64,000 bases of DNA from Alphaproteobacteria bacterium (GCA_030836535.1 JAURPT010000127.1:75-64074), one strand, 5' to 3'; positions 1-9,721 are shown, counted from the stretch's first letter. Numbers and translations: made by a program. Notes: a model not told the origin generated them from the sequence alone.

Positions 1-414
1 TTCGAATTGTCGCTCGATGTCCCGATCATAGGCCGTAGCGCCATGCAGCACCGCCAGAGACTGCCCCACACTGGCAGCAACGGCTGCATCAGCAATACCG
101 GTCCTCAACTGATCTTTCCAAAGGGGATAGTCGGCTGGTGGCAGGTACGCCATGGCAATCACCAGGCCAACAGGGTCGTCTGCGACCAGGTCGGGCGCAA
201 TGCCGGGTAAAATGCTGTTCGCCAGCCTCATCCAGGCGGCCTCATACCGACTGCGCTCCACAGGGGCATGCCAGTCTTTCTCGACCTGCAATTTAGGCAA
301 GGCCCGCTTGACGCACAGCGTCCGGCCGCCGATGTCCACCCTGTAAACTTCTGAAGACACACCACCCGTCATACGGTGCAGTACAGGTCGTTCATCTGGC
401 TTCAAAAGCCCCAT
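1..414 (-). CDS. Kinase-like protein with a methylthioribose-kinase / aminoglycoside-phosphotransferase fold. Only the 5' part is present because the gene runs off the left edge.
   Basis: It is absent from the ORF track because it has no stop in the window. My own minus-strand translation from ATG 414..412 stays open to position 1: MGLLKPDERPVLHRMTGGVSSEVYRVDIGGRTLCVKRALPKLQVEKDWHAPVERSRYEAAWM... The Gly-rich loop, the VKRALP lysine motif and the W..P.ER..E pattern parallel MtnK as I recall it from memory. It lies on the same strand as the next two genes. Confidence 0.55.
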   Translation of the reverse strand, partial: MGLLKPDERPVLHRMTGGVSSEVYRVDIGGRTLCVKRALPKLQVEKDWHAPVERSRYEAAWMRLANSILPGIAPDLVADDPVGLVIAMAYLPPADYPLWKDQLRTGIADAAVAASVGQSLAVLHGATAYDRDIERQFE

Positions 415-482
415 CGTCTCCAACGACGTATAGAGTGCGTTATGGTATGTGAGCGGCAAGCGGCTGTTCCTTTACAAGGAGG

Positions 483-1382
483 CTAGTGCTTCAGAAAAGA
501 TACCCGATCCAAGATACCGTCTGCCAGCAACTCCGCGACTTCAATAGCATTTGTCTCGTGGGCGATCGTATTACACGTGACGATGTCGGCCGGCTTCACA
601 GCTTTGAGCGCCTCATAACCCTGTTCAGCGAAGACAGCATGAACGCCAATACATATGGGTGGCCGCAAACCCACTTCTTGAATTCGTCCAACGGTTTCGA
701 TCATTGTGCGCGCGGTTGAAATTATGTCATCGACCAGGATGGGTGTATGGTCCTTCCAGGCAGATACGTCTGGACGGGAAACTTCAACCTCCCTGTCACC
801 CTTGCGGTTCTTCTCCAGGATTGTGAAAGGCGCACCTACCGACTCTGCCACCACTGAAACCCATTGTGTACTTTCCGTGTCTGGCCCAACCAAAAGCGGT
901 TTTTCCACTTTGTCTGCAATCCACGCAGAAATTAGCGGCGCGGCGCGGAGGGAGTGGGCTTCTATATCGTAGATTTCGTCGAGCGAATGATAGCGGTGTA
1001 GATGTGGGTCGATAGTGACCATCCAATCTGCAAAAGAACTAACCAGCCTGGCAAACCAACGAGAGGTAATAGCCTCACCCTCATGGAACCGTCTATCCTG
1101 CCGCATATAAGGCAAATAGGGTACGACCAACCCTACGGTTTTGGCGCCTAATTCCCTGGCCGTTGAAACCGCAAACATCAGGGCCAGGATTTTGTCGTCC
1201 GGCCTGACCAGTGAAGCAACGAAGACAACATTCCGGCCCGAAACGTCATCCATCAACCGGGCATAGGACTCCCCGTCTGGAAAACGGCGCATTTCCATCA
1301 AACCCCTGTCACCTGCCATTAACCCAGCCAGCCTGTCTGCCAACTGATCACAATCGGGCATCGCAAAAATCAACGGATTCAT
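483..1382 (-). CDS. Ribose-phosphate pyrophosphokinase (PRPP synthetase) family protein
   Basis: 299 aa. It has the two-domain PRTase-type layout, the PRPP-binding loop ILVDDIISTARTM and the segment VVPYLPYMRQDRR. Its start overlaps the stop of the upstream phosphorylase gene by 4 nt (1379..1382). Confidence 0.8.
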   Translation of the reverse strand: MNPLIFAMPDCDQLADRLAGLMAGDRGLMEMRRFPDGESYARLMDDVSGRNVVFVASLVRPDDKILALMFAVSTARELGAKTVGLVVPYLPYMRQDRRFHEGEAITSRWFARLVSSFADWMVTIDPHLHRYHSLDEIYDIEAHSLRAAPLISAWIADKVEKPLLVGPDTESTQWVSVVAESVGAPFTILEKNRKGDREVEVSRPDVSAWKDHTPILVDDIISTARTMIETVGRIQEVGLRPPICIGVHAVFAEQGYEALKAVKPADIVTCNTIAHETNAIEVAELLADGILDRVSFLKH

Positions 1383-2923
1383 GGCAGTTCTCCCAGGTGC
1401 ACCATGGCGCCATGGGCTTCGACAAAATCCTGGGCATAGGACAGCTCGCCCGGTGTTTCCGCATGGATACTGAACAAGGGTTGCCCGGCGTTCACTCTAT
1501 CCCCCACAAAATGGTGAATCTGAATGCCGGCAGCTGCAGATTCCGGGGCCCCGGCATATTTTGCGACGCGTGCAAGCAGGCGATTGTCAATCAACTCTAC
1601 CACCCCGCTATGCGCTGCTGTTACAGGGAAGCTATGTGCCGCCGTGGGTGGCTCGCGGAAGCCGCCCTGCGCTTCACAGATGGCCTGAAATTTCTTCCAG
1701 GCAGCACCACTTTCCAATGTTGCTAACGCCATGGCAAACCCACTTCCTGATGGGGCTTTTCCGGCCATCTCCAACAGAGCACCAGCCAAATTCAGGGACC
1801 GTGTTTTCAGATCTACCGGCGCCCGTTCGCTATTGTGAAGGACAGCCATAACATCCCGTGCTTCCAGCGCCGGGCCAATACCACGCCCGACGGGCTGGCT
1901 CCCATCGGTTACATGGATAACGGCCTCGATGCCGAAATGGCTGGCGACGCGCACCAGATGTCCCCCCAAAATCTGGGCTGCTTCTGGTGTGCGCACCTTG
2001 GCACTGGGGCCTGTGGGCAGGTCCAAAATCAGGTGGGTAGACCCGGCAGCAACCTTCTTCGACAGAACCGACGCGACCAATTGTCCCTCGCTATCAATGT
2101 CTAACTGCCGTTCAATGCGGATGAGCTTGTCATCGGCTGGGCTGAGTTGCATGCCGCCGCCCCAAACGATGCAGCCCCCTTCCTGCTCGACCACCCGGCG
2201 CATATCTGCAATGTCGAGCTCCACCGGTGCCATTGTCTCCATAGTGTCTGCTGTCCCTGCCGGTGAGGTGATAGACCTGGAAGATGTCTTGGGCATGGTC
2301 AACCCGCAGGCGGTGACAATGGCAACAATGATCGGCGTCGTCCGGTTGCCTGGCAGGCCTCCTACACAATGTTTGTCGACAATTGGCGAAGTGCCCCAAT
2401 CAAACCGTTCGCCGGACTCAACCATTGCCTGGGTCAGGTTGGTCATTTCCTGTTCGTCGAGATTATCCCCGGCACACGAGGTCAGAAAAGCTGTGATGTA
2501 GATGTCCGACAACCGGTCGGCAACGACATCATTAATAATGGCCTGACAGGATTCGAGCGACAGAGGGTTGCCATAAATCTTGGACCGCACACCACTGAGA
2601 GACTCTACAGGCTCTGATCGTCTTACACCGATCTCAACCCCATCCGATGCAGAAAGCCGCTGCCACGCCAACTCTGACAAACCAATCTGCTCGGCATCAA
2701 TGATATCCGAAATAACAATATGGGCCGTTGCCAATATGACGTTTGAACCGTTGTGCAACTCTACCACGGCGCCAGATGCCAACCCGTTGGAACGGCATAT
2801 GGCACTGTCATACCTCAAATAGGCGACGGCATGATGGTGCGTGTCCAACCCCAGTCGGGTAGCTTGTAATTTGGCTAAGGGAGCACGACTTGGTGTGTCC
2901 ATGTCAGGTTCAAACTGGTCCAT
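1379..2923 (-). CDS. Thymidine phosphorylase family protein of the long, AMP-phosphorylase-like type
   Basis: 514 aa against about 440 aa for canonical DeoA. It carries an extra N-terminal domain of about 80-90 aa. The glycosyltransferase family-3 core shows DKHCVGGLPGNRTTPIIV and TSSRSITSPAGTADTME. Confidence 0.8.
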   Translation of the reverse strand: MDQFEPDMDTPSRAPLAKLQATRLGLDTHHHAVAYLRYDSAICRSNGLASGAVVELHNGSNVILATAHIVISDIIDAEQIGLSELAWQRLSASDGVEIGVRRSEPVESLSGVRSKIYGNPLSLESCQAIINDVVADRLSDIYITAFLTSCAGDNLDEQEMTNLTQAMVESGERFDWGTSPIVDKHCVGGLPGNRTTPIIVAIVTACGLTMPKTSSRSITSPAGTADTMETMAPVELDIADMRRVVEQEGGCIVWGGGMQLSPADDKLIRIERQLDIDSEGQLVASVLSKKVAAGSTHLILDLPTGPSAKVRTPEAAQILGGHLVRVASHFGIEAVIHVTDGSQPVGRGIGPALEARDVMAVLHNSERAPVDLKTRSLNLAGALLEMAGKAPSGSGFAMALATLESGAAWKKFQAICEAQGGFREPPTAAHSFPVTAAHSGVVELIDNRLLARVAKYAGAPESAAAGIQIHHFVGDRVNAGQPLFSIHAETPGELSYAQDFVEAHGAMVHLGELP

Positions 2924-3120
2924 TTATCGGAATGCAAACAAGCACATAAGTTCTTCCAAGCTAATTCGACGCTCACTGTGAAGCAAATTGAAACTGAACA
3001 GCTACACTTCAGACCCAGCAGGTCGTTGAACGCTATCTACTTGCGTGGAAGTGGCCCCTTAAAGCACTATTCAGACAACTCGTTGTTCCAGACAATCAAA
3101 GATTAAAGCGGCATTTAAAC

Positions 3121-3882
3121 ATGAATAATTCTCACCGCCTCCTTGTCATCACTTTTGCCCTGATCATAAACAGCCTTCTCCTTACCCATGCTGTTGCCGA
3201 CCAAAGTGAAGCACCACCAGCACAGGCACCTACAGGACTGCCGTCCAGCGATACGTTGCCCGATGTGGAGCCGCAGGGCCCTGTAAAGGCTGCCCCTGCA
3301 GCAACCAACAACCAAAGCCACCTTATATCCATCAAAAAATTCGCCCAGGACCGGCAAATCAGCGCCGTGGAAATCTCGCCTGATGGCACGCATCTCGCCT
3401 TTGTCCAGATGGTTGGTGATGATGGTCACCTTGTTGTCGTGCGCATCGAAGGCGACCAATTCGTCAAGATATTCGAAATGTCAACCGAAGAAGACGCCTG
3501 GGTCAACTGGATCCACTGGGCGAACGACAACCGGATATTGTTTAGTGCCACCATTAAAGATGGGTTGCGTATCTATCGAAAATTGAAGGTCTCCACCCGT
3601 CGCCTGCTCGCGGTCGACAAGGATGGCGCCAACGCCATGATGCTGCTGCAAGACGAAAGGCGCATGAAATGGATTCGCAGAAGGTTTGATGATGTCATCA
3701 GTTATCTGCCCGACGAACCAGACCACATCCTTATCGGATTTTCGAAAGAAGGTGACTACCAGTCCAATGTCTACAAGCTCAACATCAATACCGGTGAAAA
3801 AGAGCTGATACTGGAGCCAGAGGAAGATCATTATATCAATGACTGGTATGCAAACTGGAAGGGTGAAATCAAATACGGCTAA
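3121..3882 (+). pseudogene. S9 (prolyl oligopeptidase / DPP-IV family) serine peptidase, N-terminal fragment with signal peptide and beta-propeller, ending at an in-frame TAA
   Basis: The signal peptide is MNNSHRLLVITFALIINSLLLTHAVA. This fragment is in the same reading frame as 3910..5151 and is separated from it only by TAA 3880..3882. Confidence 0.7.
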
Positions 3883-3909
3883 GGCTTTGATGATGACGAC
3901 AACCGCCTG

Positions 3910-5151
3910 ATGCTCATCAAGCGCAAGAATGGCGAATGGTACCCCCTGCACGACCATGAACTGTTTGAAGACCGGCGCTTTCGCATGCTGGGATTCAGTT
4001 TCGACGACGAGTCTATCTTTGTCATGTCGTCGCACATTACCGGGCGAGATACGCTATTCAAATTCAATCTGGAGCGCGGTGAGCTTGCCGGCAAAGTATT
4101 CGAACACGATGAGGTTGATGTCAGCGGTATTCTGCTTTCCAACGCCAGGAAAAAGGTCGTCGCCGCCCATTACGTGAATGATTACAGGACTTATGAATTT
4201 TTCGACGAAGACTACGCCAAATTCAGGAAGTCAATCGACCAAGCCCTGCCAAATCGGAATAATTACCTGGTCTCCAACACACTGAACGAACACTTCGCAA
4301 TTGTACTCTCGGTGAGTCCGGATGATCCTGGGACCTATTACATCTTCTACAACCTGCCGGACCAACCAAAACGATTGGTAGAATTCGGTATACCCTATCC
4401 TGGGGTCGTTCCTGACAAACTCTCACCGATGAAAAAAGTGCGATATGAAGCGCGTGATACGCTGTCCGTCCCGGCTTATGTCACCACGCCGAAATATGCG
4501 CAGGCAGGCAAACTACCGGCCGTTATCATGCCTCACGGCGGCCCTTGGGCTCGAGACTACATGACCTACGATCTGTGGGCCCAGTTTCTGGCCAACAGGG
4601 GATACGTGGTTCTACAGCCAAATTTCCGAGGCTCGACCGGCTATGGTAGTCGCTATGAAGCTCTGGGGTACGGTGCATGGGGCCGTTCAATGCAGGACGA
4701 TATTACCGATGGCACCCGTTGGCTAATCGACAACGAAAATGTCGACTCCGACCGCATCTGTATCGTTGGCGGGTCTTACGGCGGTTATGCCTCTCTCATG
4801 GGCGTCATCAGGCAGCCTGAACTCTATAAATGTGCTGTAGCGTTCGCACCACCAACGGACGTCAAAATGCTACTCAAAGAGTGGGGCGACTACGACGAAT
4901 ACAATTGGGATTATTTCCGCGTTGCGGGCACCCTGGACAAAAAAGAAATCACACGAATTTCGCCTATCAAGCGCGTTGAGGAAATCAATAGACCGGTGCT
5001 GCTTGTCCATGGGACTGAAGATGGCCGTGTCGATTTCGATCACTCAAAGAAGTTGGCGAAGAAGCTCAAAAAGGAAGGCAAGGAACACAAATTTGTCGAG
5101 CTCGAAGACAGTTCCCATTTTCTTTCTGAACCTTGGGAACGGCACACCTAG
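3910..5151 (+). pseudogene. S9 serine peptidase, C-terminal fragment with the rest of the propeller and the alpha/beta-hydrolase catalytic domain
   Basis: The nucleophile motif is GGSYGG, the Asp lies in HGTEDGRVD and the His lies in DSSHF. The frame is open from 3883. TAG 5149..5151 is followed in frame by a conserved-looking C-terminal helix (LRELELFLAQHIG) up to TAG 5263..5265. Confidence 0.7.
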
Positions 5152-5274
5152 CTTCGCGAGCTGGAATTGTTCCTGGCACAGCATATTGGCTCTGATCAGC
5201 AAAAGGCTTGGGCTGCATCGTCTGAACCACCTGTCATCGAAGACAAAGATTCCAAAAAGAAGTAGGTCCACACA

Positions 5275-5310
5275 ACAAAAAATGGCGGCCAACAGGCCGC
5301 CATTTCTTAT
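5275..5310. terminator. Bidirectional rho-independent terminator between the peptidase gene and the carotenoid oxygenase gene
   Basis: A 10-bp stem pairs aatggcggcc (5281..5290) with ggccgccatt (5295..5304) around an aaca loop. An A-run lies upstream and a T-rich run downstream. Confidence 0.7.
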
Positions 5311-5328
5311 AGCCGAAGCTGATTGCGC

Positions 5329-6744
5329 CTAGACTTGGCTGTCAATCTGTTCCTGGCTGACCCATCCTGCGTGGAAACCAAAGGGGACGCGTTCCGGCAT
5401 CATGATGCGGGCAACGGGGCCTTCATCAAATTTGGCGGCATCGAAAATCATGCATTCGCTGCGCTGGGTGTTTTCATCCCACACAAAGCCGATAACCCAG
5501 CCGTCATCTTCCGAGGTACCACCGGCACGCGGGGCAAACATCGGCTCGCCACCAATACGGCCAGGGCCATAGGCATGGTGCTGCGAGGTTTCGTTCACGA
5601 GGTCATATTTAATGATGCCATCAAAACCGGCGACATCTGGCGACATACGGCCATTGTAGGAATACTGGTTCCGCAGCCCCATATAGTTTTCGTTGATGCG
5701 CGGGAATTCTGAACCCCAATCGGCGTCCAGCAGCTTCTCAGTCACTTCACCGGTCTTCATGTTCATGCGCCATTGGTACATGCGCGGCATGTCTTCAACA
5801 GTCACGTCATCCGGGCGGCCATCCGTCAGCGCCTGCATTTTTGGCGTGCGGCAGGCTTCCAACACCACTTCATCACCTTCTTCAAAGGCGTTGACGGTGT
5901 GGAAGACGTAGCAGTTCTCGATCGTGAACCACTTGATCTGGTCACCATCTGCGCCACGGGCCAATACGCCGATGCGCGAACCATTGTCCGGGTCCCATTG
6001 CAGGATCGGCTCACCTTTGGCCATGTTTTCAATATTGTAGGTGAACGGCAGATCAAGGATCAGCGTGTAATTCGACGTAATGGCACAGTCATGCATCATC
6101 GCTGCCTTGGGCATGTCGATGCCGGTCGTGTGCACCAGGTCGCCATTCTTGTCGACCAGTGACACGCTGCAGAACGGGCTGGCCATAATAGAGGCACCAA
6201 AGGTCACCATTTCACCCGTCTGGGCATCCACCTTCGGATGTGCCGTAAACGGGTGGTTCAGTTTGCCGTCATAGTCAATCTCGGCAACCGTTTCCAAATT
6301 AGGCAGAGAAACGTGGTGCGGATTACCGCCCTCCCAAAGGGCAAGAAACTTGCCTGCGTGGAAAACCATGGCCGTATTGGCCACGTTCTTCATCATGCCA
6401 TGTTCATTGTTGAAATCGGGCGGTGAGGCTAGACCAGTCCAGATATAATCACCTTTTTCGCGCTCTAGCTGCAGGCCTTTCGTGTTGACAAAGGCATTCA
6501 CATAAGAGGCCGTGCCATTCTGGAAATGAACTTCGTGGATCATGCCGTCGCCGTCGAACGGATGATATGTTTCCGGATTATCGACAAACACAGGGTTTGA
6601 GCCGATACGGACAAAAGAACCAGCCAGTTCTTCGGGCACCTTCCCGATTACTTCCGTACATGCGGTGTTGTTTTCCTTCTCAACCGGGGCCGCATTGCCC
6701 AGGAAGGAAGGGTTAGTTGGATTTTCAATTTCTGATACGCGCAT
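5329..6744 (-). CDS. Carotenoid oxygenase family protein (carotenoid/apocarotenoid/stilbene cleavage dioxygenase)
   Basis: About 470 aa with the RPE65/CCD-type sequence, including the N-terminal FLGNAAPV..E segment, conserved His-containing blocks (HPFDGDGM, FTAHPKVD, MHDCAIT, VFHTVNAFE) and a C-terminal FGFHAGW. I trimmed the start to ATG 6744 (MRVSEIEN), which has GGGGAG 8 nt upstream. Confidence 0.85.
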   Translation of the reverse strand: MRVSEIENPTNPSFLGNAAPVEKENNTACTEVIGKVPEELAGSFVRIGSNPVFVDNPETYHPFDGDGMIHEVHFQNGTASYVNAFVNTKGLQLEREKGDYIWTGLASPPDFNNEHGMMKNVANTAMVFHAGKFLALWEGGNPHHVSLPNLETVAEIDYDGKLNHPFTAHPKVDAQTGEMVTFGASIMASPFCSVSLVDKNGDLVHTTGIDMPKAAMMHDCAITSNYTLILDLPFTYNIENMAKGEPILQWDPDNGSRIGVLARGADGDQIKWFTIENCYVFHTVNAFEEGDEVVLEACRTPKMQALTDGRPDDVTVEDMPRMYQWRMNMKTGEVTEKLLDADWGSEFPRINENYMGLRNQYSYNGRMSPDVAGFDGIIKYDLVNETSQHHAYGPGRIGGEPMFAPRAGGTSEDDGWVIGFVWDENTQRSECMIFDAAKFDEGPVARIMMPERVPFGFHAGWVSQEQIDSQV

Positions 6745-6896
6745 TAAGCAGCTCCCCAAATCTCAAGACCCAATATATTTACAGCGTAAATGCACAGCAG
6801 ACAACCGGAATATCGACAAGGGTGGTCATTTGTCCCCCTTGATCTGAAAGGGGCAGTGGGGCACGCTCTTGCCTGATTTCCAAGGGAGTATTTGCC

Positions 6897-8180
6897 GTGA
6901 CAGATTCGAAGAACCCGCAGACATTGGCGCTGCATGCTGGCTACCGTACGGACGATGCAACCAATGCTGTTGCCGTCCCCATCTACCAGACAACATCCTA
7001 CCAGTTTGACAGTGCCGACCACGCCTCGGCACTCTTTGGCCTGCAGGAATTGGGCAACATCTATTCCCGCATCATGAACCCCACCAATGCAGTGCTCGAA
7101 GACCGCATGACCGCCATTGAAGGCGGTGCGGCGGCCCTGACGGTAGGCTCCGGCCAGGCGGCTTCTGCCATGGCAATCCAAAATCTCGCCAGCGCTGGCG
7201 ACAACATTGTCAGTTCCACCGACCTGTATGGCGGCACCTGGAACCTGTTTGCCAATACGCTCAAGGCACAGGGCATCGAAGTACGCTTCGTTGACCCCGC
7301 AGACCCCGAAGCTTTCCGTGCGGCAACCGATGACAAAACCCGCGCTTACTATGCAGAAACCCTGCCAAACCCGAAATTGCAGGTTTTCCCCATTGCTGAA
7401 GTGGCAGCCATCGGCCGCGAGATGGGCGTTCCCCTGATTATGGATAACACAGCAGCACCCCTGCTTTGCCGCCCGTTTGATCATGGCGCAGCCATCATCG
7501 TTTATTCCCTGACAAAATATATCGGCGGTCATGGCACCTCGATTGGCGGCATGATCATCGATGGTGGTAATTTTGACTGGGAGGCTAACCCGGAACGCCA
7601 GCCGAACCTGAACACACCAGACCCCAACTATCATGGTGCCGTTTGGGTGGATGCCGTGCGCGAAATGGGGCCTGTCGCCTATATCATGCGTGCACGCACT
7701 GTATTGTTGCGTGACCTGGGCGCACCGCTGGCGCCGATGAACGCTTTCCAGATTATCCAGGGGCTAGAGACCCTGGCTTTGCGCATGCGCGAACACTGCG
7801 CCAATGCCGACAAGGTTGCTGCCTGGCTGAATGATCACCCTAAAGTCACGAGCGTGACGCACCCGAGCCTGCAAGACGGCGAAGCCCGCCGGCGGGCCAA
7901 CGACTATATGCCTGGCGGTCATGGCGCGCTCCTTGGTTTCGAGTTGGCGGGCGGCGTTGAAGCAGGTCGTGCCTTTATCGACAAGTTGGAGATGCTGTAC
8001 CACGTCGCCAATATTGGTGATGCGCGCAGCCTGGCTATTCACCCGGCGTCGACAACCCATTCCCAGCTGACACCGGAAGAACAAGAAGCAACGGGCGTGA
8101 CACCGGGTTATGTGCGGCTTTCCATTGGCATTGAACATGTCGACGACATTATCGCCGACCTGGAACAGGCACTGGGCTAG
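6897..8180 (+). CDS. metY: O-acetylhomoserine aminocarboxypropyltransferase (sulfhydrylase), PLP-dependent
   Basis: 427 aa. Diagnostic segments are LHAGY...PIYQTTSYQF, NIYSRIMNPT and the PLP lysine in YSLTKYIGGHGTSIGG. The start is GTG with an AGGGAG SD. Confidence 0.9.
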   Translation: MTDSKNPQTLALHAGYRTDDATNAVAVPIYQTTSYQFDSADHASALFGLQELGNIYSRIMNPTNAVLEDRMTAIEGGAAALTVGSGQAASAMAIQNLASAGDNIVSSTDLYGGTWNLFANTLKAQGIEVRFVDPADPEAFRAATDDKTRAYYAETLPNPKLQVFPIAEVAAIGREMGVPLIMDNTAAPLLCRPFDHGAAIIVYSLTKYIGGHGTSIGGMIIDGGNFDWEANPERQPNLNTPDPNYHGAVWVDAVREMGPVAYIMRARTVLLRDLGAPLAPMNAFQIIQGLETLALRMREHCANADKVAAWLNDHPKVTSVTHPSLQDGEARRRANDYMPGGHGALLGFELAGGVEAGRAFIDKLEMLYHVANIGDARSLAIHPASTTHSQLTPEEQEATGVTPGYVRLSIGIEHVDDIIADLEQALG

Positions 8181-8196
8181 GGACACCCCTGACCAG

Positions 8197-8778
8197 ATGC
8201 TGAAACGCCAGCCCTTTTATTTTCTCCGCCACGGCGAGACAGAATGGAACCTGTCCCGCCGCTGGCAGGGGTCAACGGATGTGCCACTCAATGAAACGGG
8301 GTTGGCACAGGCGGATGCTGTGCGTGGCCATGTTGCCGAACTGGAATTGGCGGCCATCTATACCAGCCCGCTGGACCGCGCTCACGAGACGGCGCGACGC
8401 GCAGCACAAGGGCTGGATGTTCCCATTCACCCTATAGAAGGCCTTACCGAAGCCTGCTTCGGACCCTATGAAGGTTTGGGCCATGACGAGGTGCAATGGG
8501 CGCAGGATTGGGTCAGCGGCAAAGAAATAGAAGGCGTCGAGAATTATCACAACTTTCTGGACCGCGCCCTGTCAGCCATCAATGACTGTCTGGACCAGCC
8601 CGGACCGATCATGATTGTGGCTCATGGGGGCATTTTTTGGTCCGTCAAACATCATGGGCATTTGCACGATGCTGCCTGGGCCGGCAATTGTTCGTTACAC
8701 CATCTGCAGCCGCCAGCAACACATGGCAAACCCTGGCGTCATGATGTGCTCAATGCCCCGGAAGAAGAGACAGCCTAG
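8197..8778 (+). CDS. Histidine phosphatase (phosphoglycerate mutase) family protein
   Basis: The catalytic RHGETEWN motif lies near the N-terminus (FYFLRHGETEWN). The ORF-track start at 8110 overlaps metY, so I trimmed to ATG 8197. Confidence 0.8.
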   Translation: MLKRQPFYFLRHGETEWNLSRRWQGSTDVPLNETGLAQADAVRGHVAELELAAIYTSPLDRAHETARRAAQGLDVPIHPIEGLTEACFGPYEGLGHDEVQWAQDWVSGKEIEGVENYHNFLDRALSAINDCLDQPGPIMIVAHGGIFWSVKHHGHLHDAAWAGNCSLHHLQPPATHGKPWRHDVLNAPEEETA

Positions 8779-8800
8779 CGCCTGCCTAACGTCCGTTTGC

Positions 8801-9721
8801 CTAGCTTTCGTTAATGGGGCTGTCCGCCGCCTGCACAGGGATGGGCTCGCCCTTCAACCATGCTGAAAGCGCCGCGTTGAAAGCCATTGGCGCGTCCTGC
8901 TGCACCCAGTGAGAGGCTTCCGGCAGATAGCGGATGGTAAAGTCATCCACCCAGTCTGCCGTGCCGAAGGTCGACTCTTTCGTCAGCGCCATATCCTGTT
9001 GGCCCCACAGCATCAGGGTCGGGACATCCAGTGTTTCGACCTCTTCCTCCGAGTCATCGGCGAGGCCCCCTTTCAGGTTGGCCCGATACCAGTTGATCAT
9101 GCCGCTTGCCGCTCCCGGTTGCAGGATGTTCTCCCGATAGATGTCGACAATTTCGGGTGGAAAGTTTTCTTTGTGCACCGCCGTGCCAAGAAATGCATTT
9201 TCCACCGCCTTTGCCCGGCCGCGTCGGATTACGAATTCAGGTAGCCAGGGAATCTGGAACGCCCCGATATACCAGCTCTTTTTCTTTTGCTCCGGATTGT
9301 TCGCAAATTCACGCGCCATACCGCGTGGATGGGGCACATTCGCAATAACAAGCTTTTGCAGGGGGCGCACTTTATTGATCGCGAAGGACCACGCAACGCC
9401 CGCGCCCCAGTCATGCCCCATCAGGATCATATCTTTGCAGCCAGAGGCTTCGAACAATGCGCCGATATCCGCCGTCAGAAGATCGATCGCATAATTGGCC
9501 TTGCCTTTCGGTTTGCTGGATTTGCCATAGCCCCGCTGGTTCGGTGCCCAGACGGTGTAGCCCATCTCAGCCAGCATGGGCATTTGGTAGCGCCAGGATG
9601 TTGCGTGCTCAGGAAAGCCGTGCAGGCACATCACCAGCGTGCCCCCTTCCCCACACATCTGCACTTCAAATTCCAGGCCATTGGCCCGCACCATCTCTGT
9701 TCGAATGTCATCGGCTGACAT
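8801..9721 (-). CDS. Alpha/beta hydrolase, epoxide-hydrolase / haloacid-dehalogenase-like, with an Asp nucleophile
   Basis: The oxyanion motif is HGFPE (CLHGFPEHATSWRYQ). The nucleophile elbow is GHDWG and there is a C-terminal ASHW histidine. Confidence 0.8.
   Translation of the reverse strand: MSADDIRTEMVRANGLEFEVQMCGEGGTLVMCLHGFPEHATSWRYQMPMLAEMGYTVWAPNQRGYGKSSKPKGKANYAIDLLTADIGALFEASGCKDMILMGHDWGAGVAWSFAINKVRPLQKLVIANVPHPRGMAREFANNPEQKKKSWYIGAFQIPWLPEFVIRRGRAKAVENAFLGTAVHKENFPPEIVDIYRENILQPGAASGMINWYRANLKGGLADDSEEEVETLDVPTLMLWGQQDMALTKESTFGTADWVDDFTIRYLPEASHWVQQDAPMAFNAALSAWLKGEPIPVQAADSPINES

Noticed and set aside
3880-5151. An alternative genetic code or stop-codon reassignment as the explanation for the in-frame TAA and TAG in the peptidase gene
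   Set aside because: TAA and TAG act as ordinary terminators of well-delimited genes elsewhere in the window. Examples are the cpaD TAA at 26072..26074 and the cpaF TAG at 28752..28754. Genome-wide reassignment is therefore not supported.
6760-6896. A possible SAM riboswitch (SAM-II or SAM-V type) in the metY leader
   Set aside because: Methionine genes in alphaproteobacteria often carry one. I see a small hairpin (cccctt..aaagggg). I cannot match the region to the SAM-II/V pseudoknot consensus from memory. The leader is also shared with a divergent gene. An Rfam scan would be needed.
6744-7634. A 296-aa minus-strand ORF
   Set aside because: It is antisense to metY in the codon-aligned shadow frame. 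Its product is Cys/Gly/Ala-rich with no recognisable domain.
8110-8196. N-terminal extensions in the ORF track at 8110, 21152, 22178, 23922, 26025, 28645, 32715, 35696, 40715, 47697, 48244, 53509, 53544 and 54359
   Set aside because: Each extension overlaps the preceding gene or intergenic DNA and lacks family similarity. In each case an internal ATG or GTG, usually with an SD, begins exactly where the conserved family sequence starts. I trimmed the starts accordingly, though some remain uncertain.
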